NCBI GenBank assembly: GCA_964654855.1
Contig: CAZZJS010000008.1
Span: 4,220 to 68,219 of the forward strand
Source of the DNA: an uncultured Rickettsiales bacterium
Lineage (GTDB): Bacteria > Pseudomonadota > Alphaproteobacteria > Rickettsiales > JALZUV01
Direction of reading: 5' to 3'
DNA length: 64,000 nt
The position numbers and the translations under genes are program-made. The notes under the pieces are model-generated. The model was not told the origin of the DNA. It saw only the letters and a list, made by a program, of their open reading frames with translations, and searched no databases. Below, piece by piece: positions 34,577-46,643 of the stretch. Each line of letters starts with the position of its first letter. Position 1 is the stretch's first letter.

Positions 34577-36319
34577 ATGCCGTTTGAGCAACAAGAGACA
34601 AAAGATGGAAAAACGCTGCTAAGGCGTTTGTACCACGATTATTTAAAGCTCTTTAAAGGGCGCATGGTGTTTGCTGGCCTTTTGATGGTATTGGTGGCTG
34701 CTACGACTGCGGCTAATGCTTGGCTCATGCAGCCCGTGTTGGATGATATTTTTCTGAATAAGAAACGCGAGATGCTCACGTTAATCCCGATTGCGGTATT
34801 GGTGATTTTTACCGTCAAATCCGTATCTACTTACGGGCAGAATTTAATTCTCCAGTTAATGGGTCAACGCATATTAGCGACGATGCAACAACAGCTTTAT
34901 CGTCATCTAATTCATGCCGATATTGGCCTTTTTGCGCAAGCTTCATCTGGTCGGTTGATTTCACGCTTCACTAATGACATTTATATTATGCGCCAATCAG
35001 TTTCGACGCTCTTTACGGGTATGATTAAAGAAGTGCTGACCTTGATTTTCTTGATTGCGGTGATGGTTTATCAAAGCTGGCAATTAGCATTGATCGCGTT
35101 GGTGATTTTCCCCGTTACCGCTTGGCCGATCATGCGTTTAGGTAAGCGCATGCGTAAGATTTCTGGGCAGACACAGGCGAATTTAAGTGAATTTGCGGGC
35201 CAGCTAGATGAGACTTTTGCCGGGGTTCGCTTAGTAAAAGCCTATGCACAGGAGGATCGTGAGATTGAAAAGGCCAGAGGCATGATTGAGTCGCTTTACC
35301 AGCTTTATGCGAAAGCGGCGAAAGTGCAGGCAGCTGCATCGCCGATGATGGAGCTTTTCACTGGTTTTGTGATTGCCGGTATTATCGGTTGGGGTGGCGT
35401 GCAGGTGATGGATGGAACTACCACGCCAGGTATGTTCTTTAGCTTCATTACGGCGCTAATTATGGCTTACAAGCCAGCTAAAACCCTTGCAGGTATGAAT
35501 ACGCAGCTTCAAGAAGGAATGGCAGCGGCGAGCCGGTTATTCTCGGTGTTAGATACGCCAACGATGGTGGTCGATAAGCCAAATGCTTCTGAACTTAAAG
35601 TGGGTAAAGGGGCATTAGAGATTACGAATGTGAGCTTTAAATACCCTGATGAGAGTGGTATTGAGAATGTTTCAGTTACCGTTCCAGACGGTAGTTCCAT
35701 TGCTTTAGTGGGGCCATCTGGTGGGGGTAAATCAACTTTGATGAACTTACTCTTACGCTTCTATGATCCACAGTCGGGCACTATCTCCGTAGATGGTACC
35801 GATATTCGTGACGTGACCCAAGCTAGCTTACGACAGCATATTGCGCTTGTAAGCCAAGAGACGGTTTTATTTGATGATACGGTGGCGGCGAATATCGCGT
35901 ATGGTTTACCTGATGCCGATCAAACAGCGATTGAGCAAGCAGCGAAAGATGCAGCAGCGCATGACTTTATTATGGCGATGCCAGAAGGTTATGAAACACG
36001 CGTAGGGCCACGTGGAGTTAAACTCTCAGGCGGCCAAAGACAACGATTAGCCATTGCGCGAGCCTTGCTGAAAGATGCGCCTATTTTACTACTAGATGAA
36101 GCAACTAGCGCGCTGGACACACAGTCTGAGTCTCTAGTTCAGGCAGCGATTGATCGTTTGATGAAAGGGCGAACTTGTGTGATTGTGGCGCATCGTCTTT
36201 CCACGATTGCTCATGTAGATAAAGTCTATGTGATGGATGAAGGGCAGATTGTTGAATCAGGTACTCATAAACAGCTACAGGCTAAGAGAGGCTTATTTGC
36301 GCAACTTTACACAGCTTAG
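34577..36319 (+). CDS. ABC transporter permease/ATPase fusion, MsbA-like lipid exporter
   Basis: Six-TM N-domain. Walker A GPSGGGKST, signature LSGGQRQRLAIARAL, Walker B ILLLDEATSALD. Confidence 0.85.
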   Translation: MPFEQQETKDGKTLLRRLYHDYLKLFKGRMVFAGLLMVLVAATTAANAWLMQPVLDDIFLNKKREMLTLIPIAVLVIFTVKSVSTYGQNLILQLMGQRILATMQQQLYRHLIHADIGLFAQASSGRLISRFTNDIYIMRQSVSTLFTGMIKEVLTLIFLIAVMVYQSWQLALIALVIFPVTAWPIMRLGKRMRKISGQTQANLSEFAGQLDETFAGVRLVKAYAQEDREIEKARGMIESLYQLYAKAAKVQAAASPMMELFTGFVIAGIIGWGGVQVMDGTTTPGMFFSFITALIMAYKPAKTLAGMNTQLQEGMAAASRLFSVLDTPTMVVDKPNASELKVGKGALEITNVSFKYPDESGIENVSVTVPDGSSIALVGPSGGGKSTLMNLLLRFYDPQSGTISVDGTDIRDVTQASLRQHIALVSQETVLFDDTVAANIAYGLPDADQTAIEQAAKDAAAHDFIMAMPEGYETRVGPRGVKLSGGQRQRLAIARALLKDAPILLLDEATSALDTQSESLVQAAIDRLMKGRTCVIVAHRLSTIAHVDKVYVMDEGQIVESGTHKQLQAKRGLFAQLYTA

Positions 36320-36351
36320 CCCAGTCTCTCTTGATATATAAGGATATAAAG

Positions 36352-37380
36352 TTATGCCGCGCGGCGGTTCGTCCCAGCAGCATGGCGTGAGAGCTTATGC
36401 ATAAGGTTGCGGCAGGTCATTTCTGGTGCAACGATACCACGCTTTGCTTCACGTTCTGCTTCTAGCAGCGCGCTAACCGCTCGTCGTAAGCCTGCTTCAT
36501 TCCATCGCATAAGTTGTTGGCTGATAAGCGGCTCTTGCTTAAAAAATACGCCATGACGGGTGAAAGCTGCTTTCTGAGCAATGCCATTTGCCATCATTGC
36601 TTTGATACTTAGCAATTTTTGCAGATGTGAGGAAAGCATACGGTAAATACCGATAGGCTGGATGTTCTCGTTAAAACAGCGGGTGAGTGCATTCTCTAGC
36701 CCACCTTTGCCGCCACAAACAGCGTGGAAAAGTTCATCTAATGTATGATCCTTATTATCGCCGCTGAGCTTGCGTGCCAGATCGGCGCTTAGGCGGCGTT
36801 CCTCGCCTAAATAAAGATCAATCTTTTCAATTTCTTGTAGCGTAATCGCACGATCATTGCCGAGGCTATTTGCTAGCATCGGAATGACGCCTTGCTCGCA
36901 AGTTACATTGCGCTCTCTTAAGCCCTCAGCCAGTACTTGTGTTACTTTTCGAGCATCATCACGATAACAAGCAAGGGCGGCGAGAGATTTTTCTGCTTCA
37001 AATAATTTGCGCAATTTAGAGGTCGGTCGTAGCTCACCTGCCAGTACGATAAGTGGCCAAACGGGTTTTGGTTCATTCAAAAGTATGGGTTCGATGATTT
37101 TTGCATCATCGCTACTGGCTTGGCGTAAAATAACCAAGCGATCACCTCCCATAAGGTTGAAGCTGCTCAGCTCGTCAGAGAGGCGTGCTGGGTCCTCAGA
37201 TAGACTATCAGAGCTTATTTCCGTAAGATCGAGGGGATCGTACTTTTGTCCTAAGAAATGAGTGATAAGCTGTCGACTTTGGGTGCGGGTTTGCCCTTCA
37301 TCTGGGCCATAAAGCAAAAAGGCGCGACAATCTCCGGGGGTCTTGAGGAAGTTTTCTTGTTGCGCGGGAGCGATTTTCAT
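36352..37380 (-). CDS. holA: DNA polymerase III delta subunit
   Basis: 342 aa. AFLLYGPDEG N-terminal pattern. Sits downstream of lptE with a 4-nt overlap, the conserved lptE-holA arrangement. Confidence 0.8.
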   Translation of the reverse strand: MKIAPAQQENFLKTPGDCRAFLLYGPDEGQTRTQSRQLITHFLGQKYDPLDLTEISSDSLSEDPARLSDELSSFNLMGGDRLVILRQASSDDAKIIEPILLNEPKPVWPLIVLAGELRPTSKLRKLFEAEKSLAALACYRDDARKVTQVLAEGLRERNVTCEQGVIPMLANSLGNDRAITLQEIEKIDLYLGEERRLSADLARKLSGDNKDHTLDELFHAVCGGKGGLENALTRCFNENIQPIGIYRMLSSHLQKLLSIKAMMANGIAQKAAFTRHGVFFKQEPLISQQLMRWNEAGLRRAVSALLEAEREAKRGIVAPEMTCRNLMHKLSRHAAGTNRRAA

Positions 37381-37880
37381 TGAGTGCGCCCCTTTAAATG
37401 AGTCACCAGTTCCATCGCGATGGTTTGTGCTAATGCGTTAATACCGTTTTTGCGTGCATCGCGTTCTGCAATAAAAGTTGCAAAGTCAGAATCGGACACA
37501 TTATAGCTTGAAATGCGCTGTGAGTGTTTAGAGAAGATCTTCTCACCGCTCGCAATGTCAAGCAGTTCAGAGGTTGATTTTAGCACCATGTTGTAGCGAG
37601 TAATTTGTGCATCACGCTCAATGATAATCGGTTGTCTAATTTCTTCTAACTGGCTCACCAAGTGATAACGAGGCTCAGGATACTGATTGCCCGGATGCAA
37701 CGCATCTTCTAGTGCAATACGGTATAGCTGCGCCGTACGGCCCTTTGTTGGCACTTCCACCTTGATCATTTCCAGTAGTGGACTCGATTCCGCCACTTTA
37801 GTGCCGTGCACTGGTTCAAACCCGCAAGCACAAAGCAGGAAGAGTGAAAGAATGATCGCCAAAAATCGCATAAATAACAT
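37377..37880 (-). CDS. lptE: LPS-assembly lipoprotein LptE
   Basis: Lipobox LLCACGFEPVHG (the CGF.P..G motif typical of LptE). 167 aa, upstream of holA. Confidence 0.7.
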   Translation of the reverse strand: MLFMRFLAIILSLFLLCACGFEPVHGTKVAESSPLLEMIKVEVPTKGRTAQLYRIALEDALHPGNQYPEPRYHLVSQLEEIRQPIIIERDAQITRYNMVLKSTSELLDIASGEKIFSKHSQRISSYNVSDSDFATFIAERDARKNGINALAQTIAMELVTHLKGRTQ

Positions 37881-37907
37881 CTAGCGGCTAAGTGCGATTA
37901 GGTAAAG

Positions 37908-39125
37908 CTATGTTCTATAATCTGCGTTGATTGAGATATAGCCATTCGTAAGATCACAGCTATAGGCCGTGAATTGTCCATCTCCGAGTCCAATATCAAC
38001 ATGGATAGCGAGCTCTTGTTCTTTCATATATTGCGAAACAGTTGCTTCATCATAAGCGGGATGACGTTGACCTTTTTGCGTCAGTAAATACTCGCCAAAG
38101 CTGATTTCAAGCTTATCTCGGTCAGCTGCACCGCCAGATTTACCAACCGCCATAACGACGCGACCCCAGTTAGCGTCTTCACCTGCAATGGCAGTTTTAA
38201 CGAGTGGAGAGTTGGCAATGGCCATGGCGATGGTTTTAGCATCAGCATTAGAGGCAGCGCCTTTCACATTCACGGTAAAAAACTTCTTCGCGCCTTCACC
38301 GTCGCGAATAATGAGTTTGGCGAGCTCTAGCATTAAACTTTGCAATTCTGTGCGGAAAGTAGCGAGATCATCGCCACTTACTTCTGCGCCTTGGCCGGTA
38401 GCAAAGAGCAATACCATATCGCTTGTAGAAGTGTCTGAATCGACCGTGATGGCGTTAAAGCTGGTTTCAGTGCAATCACGAAGCAACTCTTGTAATGTCT
38501 CAGCGCTTATCTTCGCATCCGTAGCGATGAATCCGAGCATGGTAGCCATATCAGGGGCAATCATACCAGAGCCTTTGGCGATACCGTTCAAGGTTACGGT
38601 ATCAGAGCCTATCTTGAAGCTACGAGTGGCAAGTTTTGGGAAAGTATCCGTTGTACAAATCGCCTTAGCAGCTTCCTGCCAGCCAGTATGGCTGAGATTG
38701 TCATGAGCATCAGGTAAAGCGCCGATGATATTCTCATAAGGCAGTGGTTCGCCAATCACGCCGGTGGAAGCGACAAAACATTCTTCCTGTTCGCAATTAA
38801 GAAGTTGAGAAGCGGTTGCGAGTGTTTGGTTCACCGCCATTTCACCCAATTGACCGGTAAAGGCATTGGCATTGCCTGAATTGATAATGAGCCCGCGCGC
38901 TTGACCGCCTGCTACGTGCTGTTTACTGCGCAAAACTGGTGCTGCTGAGGTTTTGGATTGGGTGAAAACGCCTGCTACCTGCGTTCCTTCTTCAAAGGCC
39001 ATAAGCAATAGGTCTAGCGCTCCTGATTTGCGAATACCGCTGGCGATAGCAGCCATACGGCAACCAGCAATAGGTGGTAACTCAGGATATGTTTTAGGTG
39101 CCAGAGGCGAAAGGGGGAGGGGCAT
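37908..39125 (-). CDS. argJ: bifunctional ornithine acetyltransferase / N-acetylglutamate synthase
   Basis: 405 aa. Autoprocessing site PDMATMLGFIATDA. C-terminus YISINADYRT. Confidence 0.92.
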   Translation of the reverse strand: MPLPLSPLAPKTYPELPPIAGCRMAAIASGIRKSGALDLLLMAFEEGTQVAGVFTQSKTSAAPVLRSKQHVAGGQARGLIINSGNANAFTGQLGEMAVNQTLATASQLLNCEQEECFVASTGVIGEPLPYENIIGALPDAHDNLSHTGWQEAAKAICTTDTFPKLATRSFKIGSDTVTLNGIAKGSGMIAPDMATMLGFIATDAKISAETLQELLRDCTETSFNAITVDSDTSTSDMVLLFATGQGAEVSGDDLATFRTELQSLMLELAKLIIRDGEGAKKFFTVNVKGAASNADAKTIAMAIANSPLVKTAIAGEDANWGRVVMAVGKSGGAADRDKLEISFGEYLLTQKGQRHPAYDEATVSQYMKEQELAIHVDIGLGDGQFTAYSCDLTNGYISINADYRT

Positions 39126-39973
39126 TATTTTTCCTGAATTTCAATCGGGAATTTTAATTTCTTACCCTTTGCATCGCGATAATCAATTGTCGCTCCTTTG
39201 AGCAAGTCTTTGATATATTGCTGATTGGCTTCTTGACGCATTTGTTCTTCAATGGTCAAACGTGCTTCTTCGTAGGGAGGAAGTGGAATATCACGCTTTT
39301 CATGCAGCTTGATAATATGCCAACCGAAAGAGCTTTTCACCGGCTCGGAGATTTGATCTTTTTCCAGTTTAAAAGCAGCTTCAGCAAACTCTTCAACCAT
39401 TTGCTCTTTATTAAAGAAGCCCAAATCGCCACCCCCTGCTGAACTACCCACATCAGCAGAACGACGCTTTGCAGTCAGTGCAAAGTTAGCACCATCATCT
39501 AAGAGCTTTTTGATCTCTTTAGCTTCTTCTTCGGCTTCCACCAAGATGTGGCTTGCATGCGCTTGCTGGTTGCCTTTCAGCTGGCTGACCATCTCATCAT
39601 AGCGCTTTTTTACAGTTTCTTCCGGCGTATTGATGGTACGAACACGTAAATGCTCTTGTACTAACACTTGGCGGCGTGCGGCTTCGATCTTTTCCATGAT
39701 ATCGCGGCGTTCGTGCAACTTACCTGCTTCGGCATCTTTCAGCATCAATCGCTCGCTTACAATACCGCGCACGACATTACCTTTGATTGCCTCACCGAAC
39801 TGATCGATCGGTGGAGCCGGCTCATCCCCTGGAAAAAGTCCATCCCAAATTTCTTGTACTTGTTTGTACGAAATTTCCTCACCATCCACTTTCAGCATGG
39901 TATAATCTTTCGCAAAAGCGGGGCTAGTCATGATTAGAGCTGTTGAAACAGCTAATGCAGTTATTAGTCGCAT
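39125..39973 (-). CDS. periplasmic parvulin-type peptidyl-prolyl isomerase (SurA/PpiC-like)
   Basis: Signal peptide. Parvulin domain HASHILV...GGDLGFF...FGWHIIKL. Confidence 0.8.
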   Translation of the reverse strand: MRLITALAVSTALIMTSPAFAKDYTMLKVDGEEISYKQVQEIWDGLFPGDEPAPPIDQFGEAIKGNVVRGIVSERLMLKDAEAGKLHERRDIMEKIEAARRQVLVQEHLRVRTINTPEETVKKRYDEMVSQLKGNQQAHASHILVEAEEEAKEIKKLLDDGANFALTAKRRSADVGSSAGGGDLGFFNKEQMVEEFAEAAFKLEKDQISEPVKSSFGWHIIKLHEKRDIPLPPYEEARLTIEEQMRQEANQQYIKDLLKGATIDYRDAKGKKLKFPIEIQEK

Positions 39974-40039
39974 GGTAAAATTCCTTTATGTTGCGTTTCG
40001 ATATGCCATAAAATTCCCATACTGGCAATCCATGACTAG

Positions 40040-41122
<1,083 letters not shown>

Positions 41123-41274
41123 TTTTAAGTAATGGTTCCCCGGTGCGCCTGCTGGCGCGCTTCGATGGAACGCCACTCCGTGGGCTAATGGCTCACTCGT
41201 CTGCTGACTCATTTTTTGCCGATAATATCAAGGGAGATCAGCAGGGCGAATAGAGTGAAGAATTTGCGTAAACG

Positions 41275-41301
41275 AAAAAAAGCCCCGCCAGATGGCAGGG
41301 C
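41275..41301 (-). terminator. rho-independent terminator (minus strand), about 220 nt downstream of exoD
   Basis: Minus strand reads GCCCTGCC-atct-GGCGGGGC followed by TTTTTTT. Confidence 0.6.
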
Positions 41302-41524
41302 TCTAAAGCAGTTCAAGCAAGTTGCAGGATACGTTTTCGATTTTGCTCTCATTTAGTCGGTTCCTTAGTCCCTTGCCACAATATATTGTGTTTTGGGTGC
41401 GTCGAAACTCTATGAATAGGTATATAGAAAATCGTAAATCTCTCAACGAGTCATTTCTGCTTATCCACAATTTTATCTATGCTTGTGGAGAAAGAGCTCT
41501 AGCATTTTGTTTTTTAGGATTTTC

Positions 41525-42181
41525 CTAAAGGCTGTTAGAAAGGAATGGGAAAAGAGAGGTAATTGCCTCAACCCCCAACATGAGTAGTAATGTGGTGAAA
41601 GTTACGCCTACAAAGCCAATAATGGCACCGACAATGACAACGATGCCGTCGCGCCCCAGCATGCCAAGTGCCATGATAAGTGTGCCTATACCGGGTAGAA
41701 AATTCGTCATCGGTAGAGGTACGGCGATGGAAATCGCGAAAATCAGCCAGATAAACCCAACCGCCCGCTCACCGGTTTTGCTGCCTGTAAAGGTAAAGCG
41801 TGGGTGCAAGAATTTTTCTACCCATCGTAGGCGCGGTGCGGCGATGCGCACGACCTTATCAATCGTACTTTGCTCCATTGATTTAGTACGCAACCATTGA
41901 GGCATCCATGGGCTATTTTTGCCCCACAGCATTTGCACGGCAATGAAGAGTAGCGGAATGGAGAGGATGGTTGATCCGCCCGGTGGAATAGGCACAGGTA
42001 CGCAATTAGGCAGTACTAGCACCAGCATCAACACCGCAAAACCGCGATGGCGTAGCCCATGTAAAAGTTGATTAATTGTGATGCGTGAAGACTCACGATA
42101 ATGATCCGCCATTTTCTCGAGCGTTTGGGAAACAGGCTCGGAAGTATCAGTACTTTCAAATAAATTTGGATCTTCAGGCAT
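41525..42181 (-). CDS. exoD: exopolysaccharide synthesis protein ExoD family
   Basis: RITINQLLHGLRHRGFAVLMLVLVLPNCVPVPIPPGGSTILSIPLLFIAVQMLWG matches the ExoD pattern. Multi-TM. Confidence 0.8.
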   Translation of the reverse strand: MPEDPNLFESTDTSEPVSQTLEKMADHYRESSRITINQLLHGLRHRGFAVLMLVLVLPNCVPVPIPPGGSTILSIPLLFIAVQMLWGKNSPWMPQWLRTKSMEQSTIDKVVRIAAPRLRWVEKFLHPRFTFTGSKTGERAVGFIWLIFAISIAVPLPMTNFLPGIGTLIMALGMLGRDGIVVIVGAIIGFVGVTFTTLLLMLGVEAITSLFPFLSNSL

Positions 42182-42210
42182 GGTGTGAGATTGATGATTT
42201 TCGCATATTA

Positions 42211-43098
42211 TTACAGTAGCAGAGCAAGCGCGATAAGTAATACAATTAAACTATAATGGCTCAGACTCAAAAGCCAATTCCAGCGCTTAATATCTGGTTT
42301 TTGTAAACGAGCGATACCATTACCGAGCCAATCCCGTCCTAATAAGTCGAGATAGTAGCTGCTAGGTCCGCCCAGACTAACGTGCATTGCTTCAGAAACC
42401 GTAGCGATAATAGCGGTATGCGGCATTAGCATTTTTTCAAAACCTAAGCGTAGTGCGGGTAGAGGTTTTCCTTTGCTGATGAAGAGTGAGGCAAAGCTGA
42501 TAATACCAATTCCTAAAAGGCTCGCAGGAAAGAGAAATAATTTGGCAGCGCGGCGAATAGAGAAATCAAACCCCGTTTGAATGCTCATGACCGCATTGCG
42601 TAAAGCAATGATCGAAATTATCATAAATACGCCTGACCAGCCTAAGATAACCCAGCCTGTTAAAGGCGCTAAGATATCGTGTAGGAGTCTGATTCCGTCA
42701 GATTCAATTTCATGACGAAACTGCGAAGCATCGTCATCTTTGGAAGAGGAAGAAGCTTTAGGTAAAGCCAAAAACACAAGAGAAAGTAACAATGTTTCGA
42801 GATAATCATTCTGTAATCGGTCAAAAACTTTTTCGCAAAAGAAGCCAAAAAGGAAAGCAATCAAAAGCACCATGAATAGCAAGATGCGCCCACGTATTCG
42901 CAATGCGCCGCTGGAGCGCTCTTTGCGGTTTAATCTGTGAGCGAAGTTGGTGCAGCCACTACGCCATGCTTCCAGTGGAGAAGGAATGGCAGATAGAAGC
43001 TGTAACTTCTTGTCTGCCAGACGAAGCAAAAGCGCAATCAAGAGCGCTAATGCTGCAATAAGACACAGAGAAGCAAAACTATAATCACTAAGTAGCAT
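42211..43098 (-). CDS. CobD/CbiB-family-like membrane protein
   Basis: Multi-TM, 295 aa. The C-terminal segment HVSLGGPSSYYLDLLGRDWLGNG resembles the CobD/CbiB motif. The N-terminal HPV motif is not seen. Confidence 0.45.
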   Translation of the reverse strand: MLLSDYSFASLCLIAALALLIALLLRLADKKLQLLSAIPSPLEAWRSGCTNFAHRLNRKERSSGALRIRGRILLFMVLLIAFLFGFFCEKVFDRLQNDYLETLLLSLVFLALPKASSSSKDDDASQFRHEIESDGIRLLHDILAPLTGWVILGWSGVFMIISIIALRNAVMSIQTGFDFSIRRAAKLFLFPASLLGIGIISFASLFISKGKPLPALRLGFEKMLMPHTAIIATVSEAMHVSLGGPSSYYLDLLGRDWLGNGIARLQKPDIKRWNWLLSLSHYSLIVLLIALALLL

Positions 43099-43102
43099 TT
43101 AA

Positions 43103-43939
43103 TTACCCTAAGAAAATCTCAACACGACGGTTCTTAGGTTCGACTGCATTGTCACCTTTGTCAATAGCTGGATCGGTTTCTCCAAAGGCAAAATACTTTA
43201 AGATATTTGCAGGTATACCACCTGCAACAAGTGCCTCTAATACGCTTAAAGCTCTTTCTTCCGATAGGCTCATATTATAATTCTCGCCACCGCGGCTATC
43301 CGTATGGCCGTGAATCAAAATCTCGGAAGGCGCGTTATGCATAACATCTGAAATTACTTGGTTCACGATTTGAGCTGAAGCTTCATTAAATTGGGTTAAA
43401 TTATAACCAAAATAAACAAGGTAGGCAGTGTTGTTCGTAGGCGGTAGCTCTGCTTCTTCTGCCTCGAGCCTGACAAATTCTAGGTCATTTAGAGCATTAT
43501 GAAAGCGAGTCTCGCAATGTGAAATGGCATGTTGATGTACATTTTCTTCTAGTTCTTCCAACCAGCAATCAAAAGCAAAGGTAGCTTCCGCAGATTCTTT
43601 TGGAAATTGCTGACGGGTTCGTTCATTCGTCATACTCAATAGCTTCTCACGTGCAGCGGCTAATTCCGGTTTGAGGTCTTTGGCAATATTCCAACTTTTT
43701 ATCTCTTCTGCGGTTACGGTTTGCCCATAGCCAACCATTAGGCCTTTTTCAGCAAAATAACTCGAATCCGTCCAGTCGTGCCTTTGCGCTTCTTTCTCGC
43801 TAAATTCAAGATAATGCTGGGTAAGGGCAATAGCGTAAGGGGTGCCGCGAGGTGTTACCTGACGCAACTCCTCCAAACTTGCTGTTGTGGCACATGCAGA
43901 TAGTGCCATCAGCAATAAAATTGCGCAAATAATACGCAT
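43103..43939 (-). CDS. OmpA-family lipoprotein (peptidoglycan-associated)
   Basis: ATG 43939 with a GGGGGA SD and lipobox LLMALSAC. C-terminal OmpA domain HGHTDSRGGENYNMSLSEERA...NRRVEIFL. Confidence 0.8.
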   Translation of the reverse strand: MRIICAILLLMALSACATTASLEELRQVTPRGTPYAIALTQHYLEFSEKEAQRHDWTDSSYFAEKGLMVGYGQTVTAEEIKSWNIAKDLKPELAAAREKLLSMTNERTRQQFPKESAEATFAFDCWLEELEENVHQHAISHCETRFHNALNDLEFVRLEAEEAELPPTNNTAYLVYFGYNLTQFNEASAQIVNQVISDVMHNAPSEILIHGHTDSRGGENYNMSLSEERALSVLEALVAGGIPANILKYFAFGETDPAIDKGDNAVEPKNRRVEIFLG

Positions 43940-44064
43940 TTTCCCCCAACCATTTTCTTTTAGGGTTAGGCAAACTGCATATAAGATGCAATTAATCAGG
44001 CTCATAGAATGAAAAAATAAGCAATAAAGACTGTGAGTGTTTCACTTATGCCTTACTCAAATTG

Positions 44065-44703
44065 TTATCGGCGGCGGGGCGGCAGAGGTTTATCGGTGGT
44101 GGCTTCATCATTACCGGCACGAAAATTTTCTGGCGAAAGCTTGGATTCTTCTTTTTTAAGATGTTCCTCAAATTCGTGAATTTCAGGCTCAAGCAACTCA
44201 TTTTCATCCACTTCCAAGTTTGCTCCCGCCTCAAGGTTCAAAAGGCTGATTCCAAGGTTTCTGATATGATCGGTTCCTTTTTCTGAAAGGGTTTGTATGA
44301 GGGGGTGGTTCTTAGAGATAAGGTTTTCATTCTCCCAGATGCTTGCTTCTTTCCCCATTGAGGTTTGTAATTCTGAAATTTCAGAACGCACTTTTTCTTC
44401 GTATAATTCATAAGCTTTTTCGTATGACAGGGCTAATCCAGATGATAAAATCGTACCAATACCCTGTATTGTACGGGTAAGGGCTATGGGATTTGTGTGT
44501 TCTTCTGACTGAATATTCATAGCGTTAAGCAATGCTTGATGAAAACGAAGCTCTTCCTTATGGCCATCACCACCGTTTGATTTTTCCATGTGCCCGCCAT
44601 CCATGAAAAAACGTGCAGCGACGGTACGAAATTGAATGGTTTCATCAACGATCTTAGATCGAACGCTTGCAGGAAGAATATGCCATTCAATCGGTTCGGT
44701 CAT
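44065..44703 (-). CDS. hypothetical acidic protein (212 aa)
   Basis: ORF starts 3 nt after the ilvB stop. No ACT-domain (IlvN/IlvH) motifs. E-rich C-terminus. Confidence 0.5.
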   Translation of the reverse strand: MTEPIEWHILPASVRSKIVDETIQFRTVAARFFMDGGHMEKSNGGDGHKEELRFHQALLNAMNIQSEEHTNPIALTRTIQGIGTILSSGLALSYEKAYELYEEKVRSEISELQTSMGKEASIWENENLISKNHPLIQTLSEKGTDHIRNLGISLLNLEAGANLEVDENELLEPEIHEFEEHLKKEESKLSPENFRAGNDEATTDKPLPPRRR

Positions 44704-44706
44704 AGT

Positions 44707-46512
44707 CTAAACTTGGCTGGTATCCAAATCACCCCATGGCTCGTCAGGGCCGAGGAGGAGTTCATTATGCGCAGCGCCTGCCGGAATCATCGGATAGACA
44801 TTTTCGTTCTGACATACGCGCATATCCACTAATACAGGACCATCAATCTTCAGCATCTCTTCAATGGTGGCATCCACTTTGCTTGGATCTTCGCATTCGA
44901 GTGAGGCAATACCATAAGCTTCTGCCAATTTTTGGAAGTCAGGTAGCGATTCCATATAGCTTTCCGAATGGCGATCGCCATGGAACATTTCCTGCCATTG
45001 GCGTACCATACCCATATAGCGGTTATTCAAGATGAAAATTTTGATCGGTAAACGATATTGCGCGATGGTGGAGAGTTCTTGAATATTCATCATGAAGCTG
45101 GCTTCACCTGTGACGCAGATAGTGAGTGAGTCTGGATGCGCAACCTGAACACCCATCGCAGAAGGTAGGCCATAACCCATTGTGCCGAGGCCGCCGCTGC
45201 TCATCCATTTGAACGGTTGGTCAAATTTCAGATATTGTGCCGCCCACATTTGGTGCTGCCCCACATCCGTCGTGTAATAGGGCGATTGCTTCTTTGCGAG
45301 CGTATAAAGGCGCTGTAAGGCGTATTGTGGCTTGATGATCTCGTCGCCCTGCTCATAAGAAAAACTTTTACGTGCACGCCATAGTTCAATCTCTTTCCAC
45401 CAGCTTTTCAGATCAGCGGAGTTAGGTTTCATGCCTCTTTCTCGCCATGCTTTACGCATTTGACGGATGACCGTGCCCGCGTCACCTACAATCGGTACAT
45501 CGACTTCTACATTTTTATTGATCGAAGAAGCATCAATATCGACTTGAATCTTTTTTGAGTTTGGTGCGAAGCCATCTAGCTTACCAGTCACGCGATCATC
45601 AAAGCGCACGCCTAGGCCAATCATCACATCGCATTCATGCATGGCCATATTCGCTTCGAGCGACCCATGCATACCCGGCATTGCCAAGAACTGCTCATCT
45701 GTGCCCGGATAAGCGCCCAGTCCCATAAAGGTAAGGGTAATAGGGAAACCCGTTTCTTTCACAAATAGCTGCAATTCTTCGCAAGCAGCCAAACCAGAAT
45801 TGATTAAGCCGCCACCGACATAAAAGAGAGGCTTTTTCGCTGCAGCAATGAGATCCATCGCTTCGTTAATACGGCTCGCATTACCCACTGTCTTTGGATT
45901 ATAGCGTTCACGGCGGAATGTATGACTATGGTCATAGTCGCCCAGCTCGTTGAGAATGTCTTTAGGTACATCAATTACTACAGGGCCGGGGCGGCCAGTG
46001 GTGGCCACATGGAAGGCTTCATGCACGATGGCAGGTAGGTCTTCAATGCGCTGAACGAGGTAATTATGTTTGGTGCAGGCACGCGTGATGCCCGTTGTAT
46101 CTGCTTCTTGGAAGGCGTCTGAGCCAATAAGATGGCTTGGTACTTGCCCCGTAATACAGACCATGGGGATGGAATCTAGCATCGCATCGGTGAGCCCTGT
46201 AATGGCATTAGTGGCGCCAGGACCAGAGGTAACGAGCACGACGCCCGCTTTGCCAGTAGAGCGGGCATAGCCTTCTGCTGCATGGGTGGCCGCTTGTTCG
46301 TGACGTACCAAAATATGGCGTAAGTGATTTTGTTGAAAAATCGCATCATAGAGCGGCAATACTGCGCCACCCGGATAACCGAAGATGGTGTCTGCACCGC
46401 AATCAATCAGAGATTTAATCACAATTTCTGCGCCGGTCATTTCCTGAGTAGTTTCAGTGGCGTCGGATGAATGAGTCGCGCCTGTCTCTTTGGTCTTTTT
46501 CTGTGCGGTCAT
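44707..46512 (-). CDS. ilvB: acetolactate synthase large (catalytic) subunit
   Basis: 601 aa. N-terminus [31 protein letters not shown]. ThDP motif [15 protein letters not shown]...NNRYMGMV. Confidence 0.92.
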   Translation of the reverse strand: MTAQKKTKETGATHSSDATETTQEMTGAEIVIKSLIDCGADTIFGYPGGAVLPLYDAIFQQNHLRHILVRHEQAATHAAEGYARSTGKAGVVLVTSGPGATNAITGLTDAMLDSIPMVCITGQVPSHLIGSDAFQEADTTGITRACTKHNYLVQRIEDLPAIVHEAFHVATTGRPGPVVIDVPKDILNELGDYDHSHTFRRERYNPKTVGNASRINEAMDLIAAAKKPLFYVGGGLINSGLAACEELQLFVKETGFPITLTFMGLGAYPGTDEQFLAMPGMHGSLEANMAMHECDVMIGLGVRFDDRVTGKLDGFAPNSKKIQVDIDASSINKNVEVDVPIVGDAGTVIRQMRKAWRERGMKPNSADLKSWWKEIELWRARKSFSYEQGDEIIKPQYALQRLYTLAKKQSPYYTTDVGQHQMWAAQYLKFDQPFKWMSSGGLGTMGYGLPSAMGVQVAHPDSLTICVTGEASFMMNIQELSTIAQYRLPIKIFILNNRYMGMVRQWQEMFHGDRHSESYMESLPDFQKLAEAYGIASLECEDPSKVDATIEEMLKIDGPVLVDMRVCQNENVYPMIPAGAAHNELLLGPDEPWGDLDTSQV

Positions 46513-46643
46513 GGTCTTTTACTATCGCTTAACGGTTTTAGAACAGCGAGTTATAGCGCGAAATCCTGCGTAATACAACCATTTGCGATTGCTTTTGCTA
46601 GCTGAACCTTGCATTATCCCCGCAAAATTAAGGAGACTCCTCA

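Noticed and set aside
41461-41469. Perfect DnaA box TTATCCACA suggesting an origin or DnaA-regulated promoter
   Set aside because: It is a single isolated 9-mer. One such hit in 64 kb on two strands is close to chance expectation, and there is no cluster or AT-rich unwinding element.
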